DNA from: Dehalococcoidia bacterium
GTDB taxonomy: Bacteria; Chloroflexota; Dehalococcoidia; Lucifugimonadales; JAGWBF01
Direction: 5' to 3'
DNA length: 64,000 bases
Assembly: GCA_965247295.1 (NCBI GenBank)
Contig: CBDFGQ010000004.1
Location: 65,356-129,355 of the forward strand
Position numbers and translations under genes: made by a program. The notes under the pieces were generated by a model that saw only the letters and a program-made list of their open reading frames with translations, did no database searches and was not told the origin of the DNA. Below are positions 55,711 to 63,506 of this stretch, piece after piece; the first letter of the stretch is position 1; the number at the start of each line of letters is the position of its first letter.

Positions 55711-55863
55711 ATGTCTGGCGCATTGACTACCACCGACCAACGCCCCCGCTGCTGGCGCTGTGGGCGGGTTCTCGCTGAGAAGCTTACCCGCCCCTGGGAA
55801 CTGAGTTGCTCCCGGTGCAAGGCGCCTAACGCGAGCCCGGTTTTGGCCCAGCAACCCCAGTAG
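55711..55863 (+). CDS. Possible Mu Com-like zinc-ribbon protein (50 aa)
   Basis: Own translation: MSGALTTTDQRPRCWRCGRVLAEKLTRPWELSCSRCKAPNASPVLAQQPQ. CxxC-15-CxxC with a CSRCK..N pattern as in Com. Overlaps a convergent ORF by 38 nt. Confidence 0.35.
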   Translation: MSGALTTTDQRPRCWRCGRVLAEKLTRPWELSCSRCKAPNASPVLAQQPQ

Positions 55864-56032
55864 GACCCCGCGTGCCAGGGACAAGCTTGATAGGTGATGG
55901 GACGATCCAGCCGCGCCCGACTCTCTGAGCCCCTTCGATGCGTCCCTGAGTGAGCAACTGCTGGATGCGTCTCTGGGAGACGCCTAGCTCCTTGGCGGCC
56001 TGTTGACTGGATAGGAATTGTTGTTGTACCAT
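55826..56032 (-). CDS. HTH_17/excisionase-like DNA-binding protein, reverse-oriented in the head module
   Basis: LSSQQAAKELGVSQRRIQQLLTQGRIEGAQRVGRGWIVP. Confidence 0.65.
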   Translation of the reverse strand: MVQQQFLSSQQAAKELGVSQRRIQQLLTQGRIEGAQRVGRGWIVPSPIKLVPGTRGPTGVAGPKPGSR

Positions 56033-56094
56033 GATCTTAGGTGACTAGCCTGGTAATGGGGCAGTTCGGCTTAGCTGGACTGCCCCATCTCATG

Positions 56095-56289
56095 TCATTC
56101 CTCCCTATCATCCTGAAGGCTTGCCCATATGGGTCGAGCTGCCTCTTGACCCAATAAGTATTCAGTCAAGGCTTTATCCGCTTCTGGAGTCATGATGCCC
56201 TTGGCTTCGGCTTCCATAGCAGCCTTTAGGACGCCTGCGATGAACTCCGCTGATGCTTGTAAGTTGCTATGATGATTACTGTTCATCAT
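56095..56289 (-). CDS. Hypothetical small acidic protein (64 aa) co-oriented with the phage tRNA
   Basis: ATGATG at 56289/56286 with GAGGG upstream, 19 nt downstream of the tRNA 3' end. The upstream part of track ORF 56095-56334 is antisense to the tRNA. Confidence 0.5.
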   Translation of the reverse strand: MMNSNHHSNLQASAEFIAGVLKAAMEAEAKGIMTPEADKALTEYLLGQEAARPIWASLQDDREE

Positions 56290-56307
56290 TCCCTCTCTTT
56301 TTGGGTA

Positions 56308-56380
56308 TGGAGCCAGGGGGATTCGAACCCCCATCTACCAAGGTGACTAACCTGGTGCTCTCCCTTTGAGCTATGGCCCC
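56308..56380 (-). tRNA. Phage tRNA on a tRNA-Ala scaffold (G3:U70, A73) with a non-Ala, probably 8-nt anticodon loop (UU-AGUC-AC); alternative reading is Thr(AGU)
   Basis: Minus strand GGGGCCATAGCTCAAAGGGAGAGCACCAGGTTAGTCACCTTGGTAGATGGGGGTTCGAATCCCCCTGGCTCCA. Cloverleaf drawn by hand. No CCA encoded. Confidence 0.75.
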
Positions 56381-56395
56381 CTGTTTCATGCTTCT

Positions 56396-56424
56396 ACTAT
56401 ACACTATTGCGTATTGTTTGTCAA
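56396..56424 (-). promoter_or_regulatory. Near-consensus sigma-70-type promoter for the tRNA cassette
   Basis: Minus strand TTGACA (56424-56419), 17 nt, TATAGT (56401-56396), 15 nt upstream of the tRNA 5' end. Confidence 0.6.
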
Positions 56425-56450
56425 GTGTTTTGACAGCTATTGGGCGGGTA

Positions 56451-56479
56451 TTGACAAACTGATTATGAAGTTCTACGAT
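56451..56479 (+). promoter_or_regulatory. Candidate rightward promoter facing the protease/capsid operon
   Basis: TTGACA (56451-56456), 17 nt, TACGAT (56474-56479). Confidence 0.4.
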
Positions 56480-56548
56480 ACTACATATAGTATTCGTGCG
56501 CCTTAGTGCGCCCGCATGTCGTGGACCAGTACGCTTAGGCGTCAGTGA

Positions 56549-56579
56549 CCCCGTGCAATACATAGCACGGGGTTTTTTT
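56549..56579 (+). terminator. Intrinsic terminator immediately upstream of the prohead protease gene
   Basis: CCCCGTGC-aatacata-GCACGGGG followed by TTTTTTT. Confidence 0.7.
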
Positions 56580-56581
56580 AT

Positions 56582-57223
56582 TTGCCTGACGACCTGCAAT
56601 ACAAGCGATTCACCCTTGAGATGAAGGGCGAGGGCGAGGCTGGCCTTGCCACCGCTCGCTTCGCCACCCTCAATGTTCGAGACCTCGACGGAGACGTCAC
56701 CCTCCCCGGAGCCTTCGGCAAGCAGACTGTTCTCCTCGCTGATTGGGCTCACGATAACCGCTCTCCATCTATTGGCCGCGCCGACATCCGTGAGGAAGGC
56801 GACCAAGCCCTAGGCGACATCCGCTTCAATCTGAAGATGATGCGGGGCAACGAAGCCTATCAGTCTATCGCAATGTCCCAAGAGCTCCAGGAGTGGAGCT
56901 ACGCCTACCAAATCCCTGAAGGCGGAGCCTACCAGGGCGACTTTGAGGGACAGCAGGTCCGTTTTCTCAAGGCAGTCAAGGTGACCCACCTATCCCCTGT
57001 CGAGCAAGGGGCGGGCATCAATACTGCAACCCTGGATATCAAAAGCGCTGTCTCTGCGGACGAATACGACAAACTGCTGAAGCGCATCGCTTTCTTGGAA
57101 GAGACGCAGCGCCAGGCTGAAGAAGTCAAGAAGGAACTGGCTCAGCAGCCCGACCCCTGGCTAGAATATGCCAACTACCGCACGGAGATGCTCCGGCGCA
57201 AAGCCTTTGTATTAGGAGAGTGA
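56582..57223 (+). CDS. HK97-family prohead protease
   Basis: KRFTLEMKGEGEAGLATARFATLNVRDLDGDVTLPGAFG matches the S78/U35 N-terminal pattern. Only a TTG start is available. Confidence 0.8.
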   Translation: MPDDLQYKRFTLEMKGEGEAGLATARFATLNVRDLDGDVTLPGAFGKQTVLLADWAHDNRSPSIGRADIREEGDQALGDIRFNLKMMRGNEAYQSIAMSQELQEWSYAYQIPEGGAYQGDFEGQQVRFLKAVKVTHLSPVEQGAGINTATLDIKSAVSADEYDKLLKRIAFLEETQRQAEEVKKELAQQPDPWLEYANYRTEMLRRKAFVLGE

Positions 57224-58479
57224 CAATGGAACTCAAGGAACTTCAGGACAAGTATCTTGGCCTGCTGAAGCAGGTGGAGGAGGTTCGTGCGCCCTACGAC
57301 GGTAAGGAAGCGCCTCCAGAAGACGTCAAAACGAAGATGAATGCCTTGCTAGACGAGGCCGACAAGCTCCAGGACGAGATCAAGAAGGCTCAGGACGGGG
57401 TCAAGCAAGCCAAACGCCTGGAGGAGCACACGAAGTGGGCCAATGAACCGCAGCGTAACTTCCCATTTCCCAAGGCCAATAGTGAGCAGAAGGATGGGGA
57501 GAAGGAGCAACTGGCGGTCAAGGGTTTCCGGGCCTACCTCAAGGGCGGCCAGATGGCGCTCGCCAACGATGCCATCCCCGGCATTCCTGAGTACAAGGTG
57601 CTCCAGGCTGACCAGGACACCGCTGGTGGCTATCTCACCGTGCCCATGCAGGTAGTCCAGACCCTACTCCGCGGCATCGATGACGCCGTGGTAATCCGCG
57701 GGCTCGCTAGCACCATCCAGGTAGGGCAGGGCGTGAGCCTTGGCGTGCCGACCCTCGATACCGACCAGGAGGACCCCACCTGGACGTCTGAGCTTCAGAC
57801 TGGAGTCCAGGACGATGTTGGGGCGTTTGGCCGACGGGAGCTGAACCCCTCGCCCCTGGCCAAGCGGGTCAGAATCTCAAACAAGCTCATCAATGCCCCC
57901 GGCTTGGACGCTGAGGCGATCTGGCTCCAGCGGATGCAGTACCGCTTTGACCGGGCTCAGGAGAACGCTTTCATGAACGGCCATGGGGCGAACCAGCCCC
58001 TGGGCCTCTTCACCGCCTCCAGCGACGGCATCAGTACCAGTAGGGATGTGAGCACCGGCAACACCACTACGGCCATCACTGCCGACGGCCTCATTAATGC
58101 CCGGTATCAGCTCAAGGGGGGCTACTGGGCTCGCGCTCGCTGGCTCTTCCATCGGGACGCGCTGAAGCAAATCAGAACAATCCAGGACTCAAACGGCTCC
58201 TACATCTGGCAGCCCAGCTTCCAAGCTGGACAGCCGGAGACCATCCTGGGCACGCCGTTCGTTATGAGCGAGTTTGTGCCGAACACGTTTACCACCGGTA
58301 ACTATGTAGGCATGATCGCCGACTTCAGCTACTACTGGATTGCCGACGCGCTGAGCATGCAGGTACAGCGGCTCATCGAGCTTTACGCCGAGTCGAACCA
58401 GGTGGGCTACATTGGCCGACTGGAGACTGATGGCATGCCCGTACTCGAAGAGGCATTTGTCCGAGTGACACTAACTTAG
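57220..58479 (+). CDS. HK97-family major capsid protein
   Basis: N-terminal coiled-coil delta-like region, then DTAGGYLTVPMQVVQ... and a typical HK97-fold length of 419 aa. Confidence 0.9.
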   Translation: MTMELKELQDKYLGLLKQVEEVRAPYDGKEAPPEDVKTKMNALLDEADKLQDEIKKAQDGVKQAKRLEEHTKWANEPQRNFPFPKANSEQKDGEKEQLAVKGFRAYLKGGQMALANDAIPGIPEYKVLQADQDTAGGYLTVPMQVVQTLLRGIDDAVVIRGLASTIQVGQGVSLGVPTLDTDQEDPTWTSELQTGVQDDVGAFGRRELNPSPLAKRVRISNKLINAPGLDAEAIWLQRMQYRFDRAQENAFMNGHGANQPLGLFTASSDGISTSRDVSTGNTTTAITADGLINARYQLKGGYWARARWLFHRDALKQIRTIQDSNGSYIWQPSFQAGQPETILGTPFVMSEFVPNTFTTGNYVGMIADFSYYWIADALSMQVQRLIELYAESNQVGYIGRLETDGMPVLEEAFVRVTLT

Positions 58480-58492
58480 GAGGCTGACTGAC

Positions 58493-58939
58493 ATGGCTCA
58501 GAACTTTCTACCGAAACATCGGAGTAGCATCGCCATAGCGGCGGGCTCGCGGACGGCAGGTCAGACCGCCATCAACGGTGCAATGGTCGATATGCAGGGA
58601 TATGAAGGCGTTGTGGCGGTCGTCGAGATGGGAACCATTGCAGCCACCGCTGTCACGTCCATCAAATGGCAGCAGAGCGATACCACCACCTCCGCGGACT
58701 TCAGCGACCTGGAGGGCACGGGAATCGACATTGCGGACGACGACGACGACAAGATATTTGTCTCGGAGCTTTACCGGCCCACCAAGCGGTACGTGCGGAT
58801 TGTTGTTGCCCGGGCTACTGCCAACGCAGCGGTTCGTGCTGCCACATACATCCAGTACAAGCCGCGAGAGGCGCCTGTCTCCCAGGGTACGGGTGTGAAT
58901 AGCGAGCTTCACGTTGGGCCTGCTGAAGGGACGGCATAA
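58493..58939 (+). CDS. Hypothetical head-associated protein (possible decoration protein)
   Basis: Position directly after the capsid gene. 148 aa. Confidence 0.45.
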   Translation: MAQNFLPKHRSSIAIAAGSRTAGQTAINGAMVDMQGYEGVVAVVEMGTIAATAVTSIKWQQSDTTTSADFSDLEGTGIDIADDDDDKIFVSELYRPTKRYVRIVVARATANAAVRAATYIQYKPREAPVSQGTGVNSELHVGPAEGTA

Positions 58940-58941
58940 CG

Positions 58942-59292
58942 ATGGCTGATATTACCTTAACCGTACAGCAAACGGCTCGGACCGGCCTCGTCGCGACCTA
59001 TACGGATTCCAGCAGTACCGTACCGCTGACCACTACAGACACTTTCTTTGCCAACAACAATGGCCGAACATTCCTCCATGTCCAGAATGGGGCAACGGAT
59101 GTCGTTGTTACTATTCACACACCGCACACTGTGGACGGTCTAGCTGTTGACGACCGTACGGTAACAGTCACAGCAGACACCGAGGCATTCATAGGACCAT
59201 TCCAGCCAGATGTCTATAACGGGGCAGACCATCAGATGAGCTTCGAGTTCGACGATGTGTCGAACGTGAGCGTGGCTGTGGTTCGAGTGTAG
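58942..59292 (+). CDS. Hypothetical structural protein
   Basis: 116-aa ORF in the head module. Confidence 0.45.
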   Translation: MADITLTVQQTARTGLVATYTDSSSTVPLTTTDTFFANNNGRTFLHVQNGATDVVVTIHTPHTVDGLAVDDRTVTVTADTEAFIGPFQPDVYNGADHQMSFEFDDVSNVSVAVVRV

Positions 59293-59379
59293 CTGTGGCA
59301 TTCAAGGGGGCTATCGAAAATAAGGCGCTCTATGTCCTGCCTCGGCATGGCCCGGAGTGCCGTTGCTGGGAGGTAGGTA

Positions 59380-59910
59380 ATGGCTTCGACCCTGATCACT
59401 GCCGGACAACTGAGGGAGCACGTAGAGACGGACCTAACCGACGAGGCCCTGGAACGGCTAGTAGACAGCGCAGACGCGGAGATAATAAGGGCCTACGGTC
59501 CTCATGACGGCGAGCAATCCGCACTCGTAGCAGGTCGAGGCTACAGGATATGGCTGCCCCGTCCAGCCGAGTCCATCACTGAGATAGTCGAATGGGCTGG
59601 ATGGGAAACCCCGGGAGACGCCGACACCGTATCCGCTGCCACGTACCATCTTGAGCATGGTGGGCGTACCATCTGGCGCACTGATGCTCAGTTCATGACG
59701 AATGTACAGGTTACCTACACTCCAGTAGCTGATAACCCACGCCGCACCGCAGTCCTCATTGACCTTGTTAAGTTAGAGATTCAGTATCGGGGACTCAATA
59801 CCGAAAGAGTTGGCTCCTACTCTGTGACATATATGGACCACGACAAAGAGCGCCAAAGAGTCTTGACTCGTCTACGTCAGAACTACGCAGGCGCGGGGTT
59901 GTTGGCATGA
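59380..59910 (+). CDS. Head-tail connector (gp6/QLRG-type) protein
   Basis: ITAGQLREHVETDLTDEALERLVDSADAEIIRAYG is typical of the gp6-like family. Confidence 0.7.
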   Translation: MASTLITAGQLREHVETDLTDEALERLVDSADAEIIRAYGPHDGEQSALVAGRGYRIWLPRPAESITEIVEWAGWETPGDADTVSAATYHLEHGGRTIWRTDAQFMTNVQVTYTPVADNPRRTAVLIDLVKLEIQYRGLNTERVGSYSVTYMDHDKERQRVLTRLRQNYAGAGLLA

Positions 59911-60182
59911 GGAGAGAAGATATGGATGACCGATGGCGTTGGGACGATGACGAAGGCAACGGCTCCTACGTATTGGACGGGCCGGACAATGTATGGCGGG
60001 CGAGAGTTGAACCGGGGAAACCGGAGTGCATTGTGCGGATCAGTTTATGGGGTACGGACAAGTACGAGGGGCGGCTGTACACTCAAGGTATTGTGGGGCT
60101 GGAAAACGCCTGTATGTTCGCCGGGTTCGTAGCGGGTGAATTGCTGCGCAGGGCGCGGCCTCATGCGTTTCTGGTGACATGA
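59907..60182 (+). CDS. Hypothetical protein
   Basis: ATGA-coupled 91-aa ORF. Confidence 0.45.
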   Translation: MRREDMDDRWRWDDDEGNGSYVLDGPDNVWRARVEPGKPECIVRISLWGTDKYEGRLYTQGIVGLENACMFAGFVAGELLRRARPHAFLVT

Positions 60183-60526
60183 GCGCTCGCAGTTTCATGA
60201 CTCACAGGTGCGATACGGAGCGCGACGTGAAATCTGCAAAGCTAGATCCCTATAACCATCCTGTCATAGAGCTTCGCGACATCAATACCGCTCTACCCTG
60301 TTATTGGCAGGTTCGTACTGAGCGGCTGATCCTGGATGGTGACAAGGCCGCCGCTATTGCTATGCACAACATGCTTACGCCACTGGGAAGCGACCTGCAA
60401 GAGCAGGACAGGGTGACCCGCATCTACGACCGTCGGGACCGGACTTTGAAGTCGGAGACCATGCGGGTGCTGACGATGATCCGGCGTGAGGATCACCTGG
60501 AACTGGCCTTGGAGGAAGTCACGTGA
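60179..60526 (+). CDS. Head closure / head-tail adaptor protein
   Basis: Size, position and the pattern ...PCYWQ...E...RV.. resemble SPP1 gp16/HK97 gp9-type adaptors. Confidence 0.55.
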   Translation: MSARSFMTHRCDTERDVKSAKLDPYNHPVIELRDINTALPCYWQVRTERLILDGDKAAAIAMHNMLTPLGSDLQEQDRVTRIYDRRDRTLKSETMRVLTMIRREDHLELALEEVT

Positions 60527-60613
60527 CTCCCAATTTACCTGATGGCCTGAGCTTGTTCGGTAAGAGTCCAACGGGGGCGATCATGGTGCTGGAGATTTAC
60601 CGGAGGCGCTAGT

Positions 60614-60904
60614 GTGACGACTGAGCCTCTGAACATCGAAATGCTCCGGCAGCTGGACAGCGATGTCCGGGAGTTGCGCGCTGCCCTCCAGGAACTTCAT
60701 AACAGTCAGGATCGGCACGCTGCTACGATGGAGCGTCGCCTTGCTGGGGTAGAATCGGTGCTCGCTCTTCATCGTGCTACTGGGAATGGTAACAATGGGA
60801 TACCTGGCCGTCTAGCCAAGTGGAAGGACATCATCATCATTGCCTTGATCGCTAAGCTAGCGGGGCTGAATATAGCCCAGCTAACCGGATTGATAGGAGA
60901 CTGA
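60614..60904 (+). CDS. Hypothetical coiled-coil protein with a C-terminal transmembrane segment
   Basis: 96 aa. DIIIIALIAKLAGLNIAQLTGLI is a hydrophobic tail. Confidence 0.45.
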   Translation: MTTEPLNIEMLRQLDSDVRELRAALQELHNSQDRHAATMERRLAGVESVLALHRATGNGNNGIPGRLAKWKDIIIIALIAKLAGLNIAQLTGLIGD

Positions 60905-61066
60905 TATCCTAAAATGGATACGGGTGTTCAAAGCCGTGCGGGTGCTCATGCACGTGGTTGCCGATGCAGATGAGGACCAGAAGATCACGGCGGAAGAGGC
61001 GCGGCAGATTATGAAAGCGACGTGGGGCGTGGTCCACGCCTACCGAGGGCATTAGGGGGAGTGGAT

Positions 61067-61363
61067 ATGGTCAAAGAGACTCGCATCGTCTTCGGCATAG
61101 AAGACCTGGTAACAGTTCGGTTCCAGTGCCATAAGTGCAAGGGCGAGGTTGCGCAGGACATCAGCGCTCCTGAGCCAATGCCCAACCAATGCCCCCTGTG
61201 CGGGCACTCTTGGCAAACGAATGAGGGCTTGCCAACGAGATCGCATCGGCTTCTGGCGCTGTTGCGAGAGGTGCTAAAGGAGCAAGACGAGCTCACACAG
61301 CATGGCTACATCCCCGTACACCTGCGCCTCGATCTCGATGGCAGTAAGGACGAAAATGCCTAG
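61067..61363 (+). CDS. Small zinc-ribbon protein, paralogue B
   Basis: MVKETRIVFGIEDLVTVRFQCHKCKGEVAQ...QCPLCGHSW. ATG at 61067 with GGGGGAG upstream. Confidence 0.6.
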   Translation: MVKETRIVFGIEDLVTVRFQCHKCKGEVAQDISAPEPMPNQCPLCGHSWQTNEGLPTRSHRLLALLREVLKEQDELTQHGYIPVHLRLDLDGSKDENA

Positions 61364-61790
61364 AGGACACAAGATCAACTGGAAGGGTGACCAGATCAAG
61401 AAGAGGCTGCTAACCGCGGCTCGGCAGGGCATTGATGAGACGATGGCAGCTTGTGTGGTAGACGCCAAGCGCGAGACGCCTGTCAGGACGGGAGCGCTCC
61501 AGGGCTCGGTACGGTTCGAGCCAGCCAAGGTACGCGGGAATGAGGCAAAGGGAACCTGGGGATCGTTCGACGTCAACTATGCCTTCTACATAGAAGTAGG
61601 CGTTCAGGCAGGGGTCGCGACTGTTCAGGCGCACACGCGGCAAAACAAAAGCGGGAAGATTTCCAGCGTGCGCTCCCATACCCGCCGCTATGGACCGAGG
61701 GAGGGCCGGAACATGCTACGCAACGCCGCAGACAATGAGTATCCCAAACTCAAAAAGCGCATAGCAAAGCGTTTCAAGAGGTCAATCTAA
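61356..61790 (+). CDS. HK97 gp10-family tail-completion/neck protein
   Basis: ETPVRTGALQGSVRFEP...YAFYIEVG is the gp10-family pattern. Confidence 0.7.
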   Translation: MPRGHKINWKGDQIKKRLLTAARQGIDETMAACVVDAKRETPVRTGALQGSVRFEPAKVRGNEAKGTWGSFDVNYAFYIEVGVQAGVATVQAHTRQNKSGKISSVRSHTRRYGPREGRNMLRNAADNEYPKLKKRIAKRFKRSI

Positions 61791-61791
61791 G

Positions 61792-62205
61792 GTGCCAAAT
61801 CCACGAGCGGCTCTCATCGCCTATCTGCTAGCCGATACCGGCGTGACAGCCCTGGCATCCACTCGTATATTTGGGGAGCTGCCCGGATCGGAGAACCAAT
61901 ACATGCCGAGAGCCTGCCTCGTACTCACAGAGACCGGCAGTGGCTCCCTAGGCCCAGGGGCCCGCTCCTATGTTCCCTGGGGAGTCACACGGATGGATAT
62001 CAGAGCATACGGCAGCACACCCTATGAAGCGAGTCAGCTTTACCACGCAATGAATGTGGCCGTAAAGCAGATGGCCCGGACGGTCGCTGTGAATACAGTC
62101 TTGCAGGCTGCCATCGTTAGCGCAGGGCCGCGTAGCGGCAGGGACCCTGACGTAGACTGGCCCTTTGTTTGGGGCAGCTACGAGGTATCGGCACTAGAAG
62201 AATAG
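61792..62205 (+). CDS. Tail terminator-like protein (DUF3168-type)
   Basis: AALIAYLLADTGVTALASTRIFGELP... and position before the major tail gene. Confidence 0.55.
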   Translation: MPNPRAALIAYLLADTGVTALASTRIFGELPGSENQYMPRACLVLTETGSGSLGPGARSYVPWGVTRMDIRAYGSTPYEASQLYHAMNVAVKQMARTVAVNTVLQAAIVSAGPRSGRDPDVDWPFVWGSYEVSALEE

Positions 62206-62220
62206 GTAGGAGGAAGAACA

Positions 62221-62808
62221 ATGCCAAGCGCACCATTTGAACTCGTTTCCGCGCCCGTCACGCTGTACACAGCGCCAGAGGGCACAGCGGCACCGGAGAT
62301 TTCTACAACCCCTGGCTCCCCGTGGTTAGTCCTCGGAACAAGCGGGTCCAAGAGTATCTCCGAGGACGGCGTCACGGTAACGCCCTCTGAGACCCTGGAA
62401 TCCCAGCGGGTCCTGGGCTCCCCAGCGGTACAGAAGCTCTTTCGCACCGAGGAAGACTTAATGATAGGGGCGATGCTCCTGGACCTGAATGCGGAGACTT
62501 TCGCCAGGGTGATGAACCAGTCCGCAGTAACAGACGTAGCTGCTGCCAGTGGCACTGCTGGTTATCGTCGGTTCCCTATGCTCCGGGGCTTTAACGTGAA
62601 CTATGTGGCCTTGCTGGTCAAGGGCTTCTCGACCTATGCCGATGAGATGTTTGCTCAGTATTGGGTACCAAAGGTCTACATTATGCTCAGTGGAGATATC
62701 ACATATGTGAAGGGTGAGGCCGCTGGCCTGGAGCTGGAGATCATGGCAGTCGAGGATTCCAGCGGTGGTTATGGCGAGTACCAGGATCAGGACGCCGCAG
62801 CTCTGTAG
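62221..62808 (+). CDS. Major tail protein
   Basis: 195 aa. Position immediately upstream of the chaperone pair and tape measure. Confidence 0.65.
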   Translation: MPSAPFELVSAPVTLYTAPEGTAAPEISTTPGSPWLVLGTSGSKSISEDGVTVTPSETLESQRVLGSPAVQKLFRTEEDLMIGAMLLDLNAETFARVMNQSAVTDVAAASGTAGYRRFPMLRGFNVNYVALLVKGFSTYADEMFAQYWVPKVYIMLSGDITYVKGEAAGLELEIMAVEDSSGGYGEYQDQDAAAL

Positions 62809-62816
62809 GAGGGGAT

Positions 62817-63212
62817 ATGGTTGAAAACGGGCATCGCCCGGACATCCTTGACCTTTCCAATATTGGAGGCCGAAGGCCAAAGGTCAAGCTGCACGATGGC
62901 GAGACGTATGAGGTTGTGAGTCCCTCGGACCTAGGTCCGGTATTCGGGGCGCAGTTCAAAGAGTTCTATGAGGAATACACCGCCCTTGAGGATAAGGAAG
63001 ACCTTGAGAGCGCCCAGCGTCAGGAAGGCCTGGCCCGAAAGATGGCCAGGCTGATATGCCCAGAGATGCCAGATGATGTGGCTAACAGCTTACCATTCCA
63101 GGCTGCCGTCGGGCTCATGCTGGATTTTTTAGGGACCGTCAAGGAAAGCGAGGGGATGGACCCTCAGCTGAAGGCGGTGATGGACCGGATGCAGGGCCTT
63201 ACAGACAACTAG
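62817..63212 (+). CDS. Tail assembly chaperone (gpG analogue)
   Basis: 131 aa, acidic. Contains the slippery site near its 3' end, upstream of the tape measure. Confidence 0.65.
   Translation: MVENGHRPDILDLSNIGGRRPKVKLHDGETYEVVSPSDLGPVFGAQFKEFYEEYTALEDKEDLESAQRQEGLARKMARLICPEMPDDVANSLPFQAAVGLMLDFLGTVKESEGMDPQLKAVMDRMQGLTDN
63125..63131 (+). promoter_or_regulatory. Programmed -1 ribosomal frameshift heptamer T_TTT_TTA (G to G-T chaperone)
   Basis: GAT TTT TTA GGG in the zero frame. The -1 frame is open from 63074 to 63502. Confidence 0.65.
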
Positions 63213-63502
63213 TCCCAGCTCTGCAACGGTTCTATGGCGGATCGGACCCTATCGAGTGGGTCTTCATGCCGCCCAAAGTCCTCCAGGCTTTCGTTGAAGA
63301 CATGCCGCGGCTCCAGGCGCAGGAGGCTCTCAGGCAATATACGATTGCCGCTGTCGCTAGTGGGAACATGAAGACTGGACAAGCGCGCCGCATCATCGGT
63401 GGTTGGAGACGTCAGGCCCAATGGCATAGTGGTATTAAAAAAGCTAGGAGCAGGGAGGAGCACATGGCTTTACTTGCTTCCGTCGGGATACGCGTGAGGT
63501 AG
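63131..63502 (+). CDS. -1 frame extension of the tail assembly chaperone (gpT-like part of the G-T fusion)
   Basis: The -1 frame reads RDRQGKRGDGPSAEGG...PPKVLQAFVEDMPRLQAQEALRQYTIAAVASG... with no independent RBS at track ORF 63266. Confidence 0.55.
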   Translation, partial: RDRQGKRGDGPSAEGGDGPDAGPYRQLVPALQRFYGGSDPIEWVFMPPKVLQAFVEDMPRLQAQEALRQYTIAAVASGNMKTGQARRIIGGWRRQAQWHSGIKKARSREEHMALLASVGIRVR

Positions 63503-63506
63503 CGCT

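Noticed and set aside
56308-56380. Simple annotation of the phage tRNA as tRNA-Thr(AGU) with a 7-nt loop
   Set aside because: Not fully excluded, but it needs a C-U mismatch in the anticodon stem, a pyrimidine at position 37 and a 6-nt variable loop. A34 tRNAs other than Arg are rare in bacteria. The body carries Ala rather than Thr identity elements.
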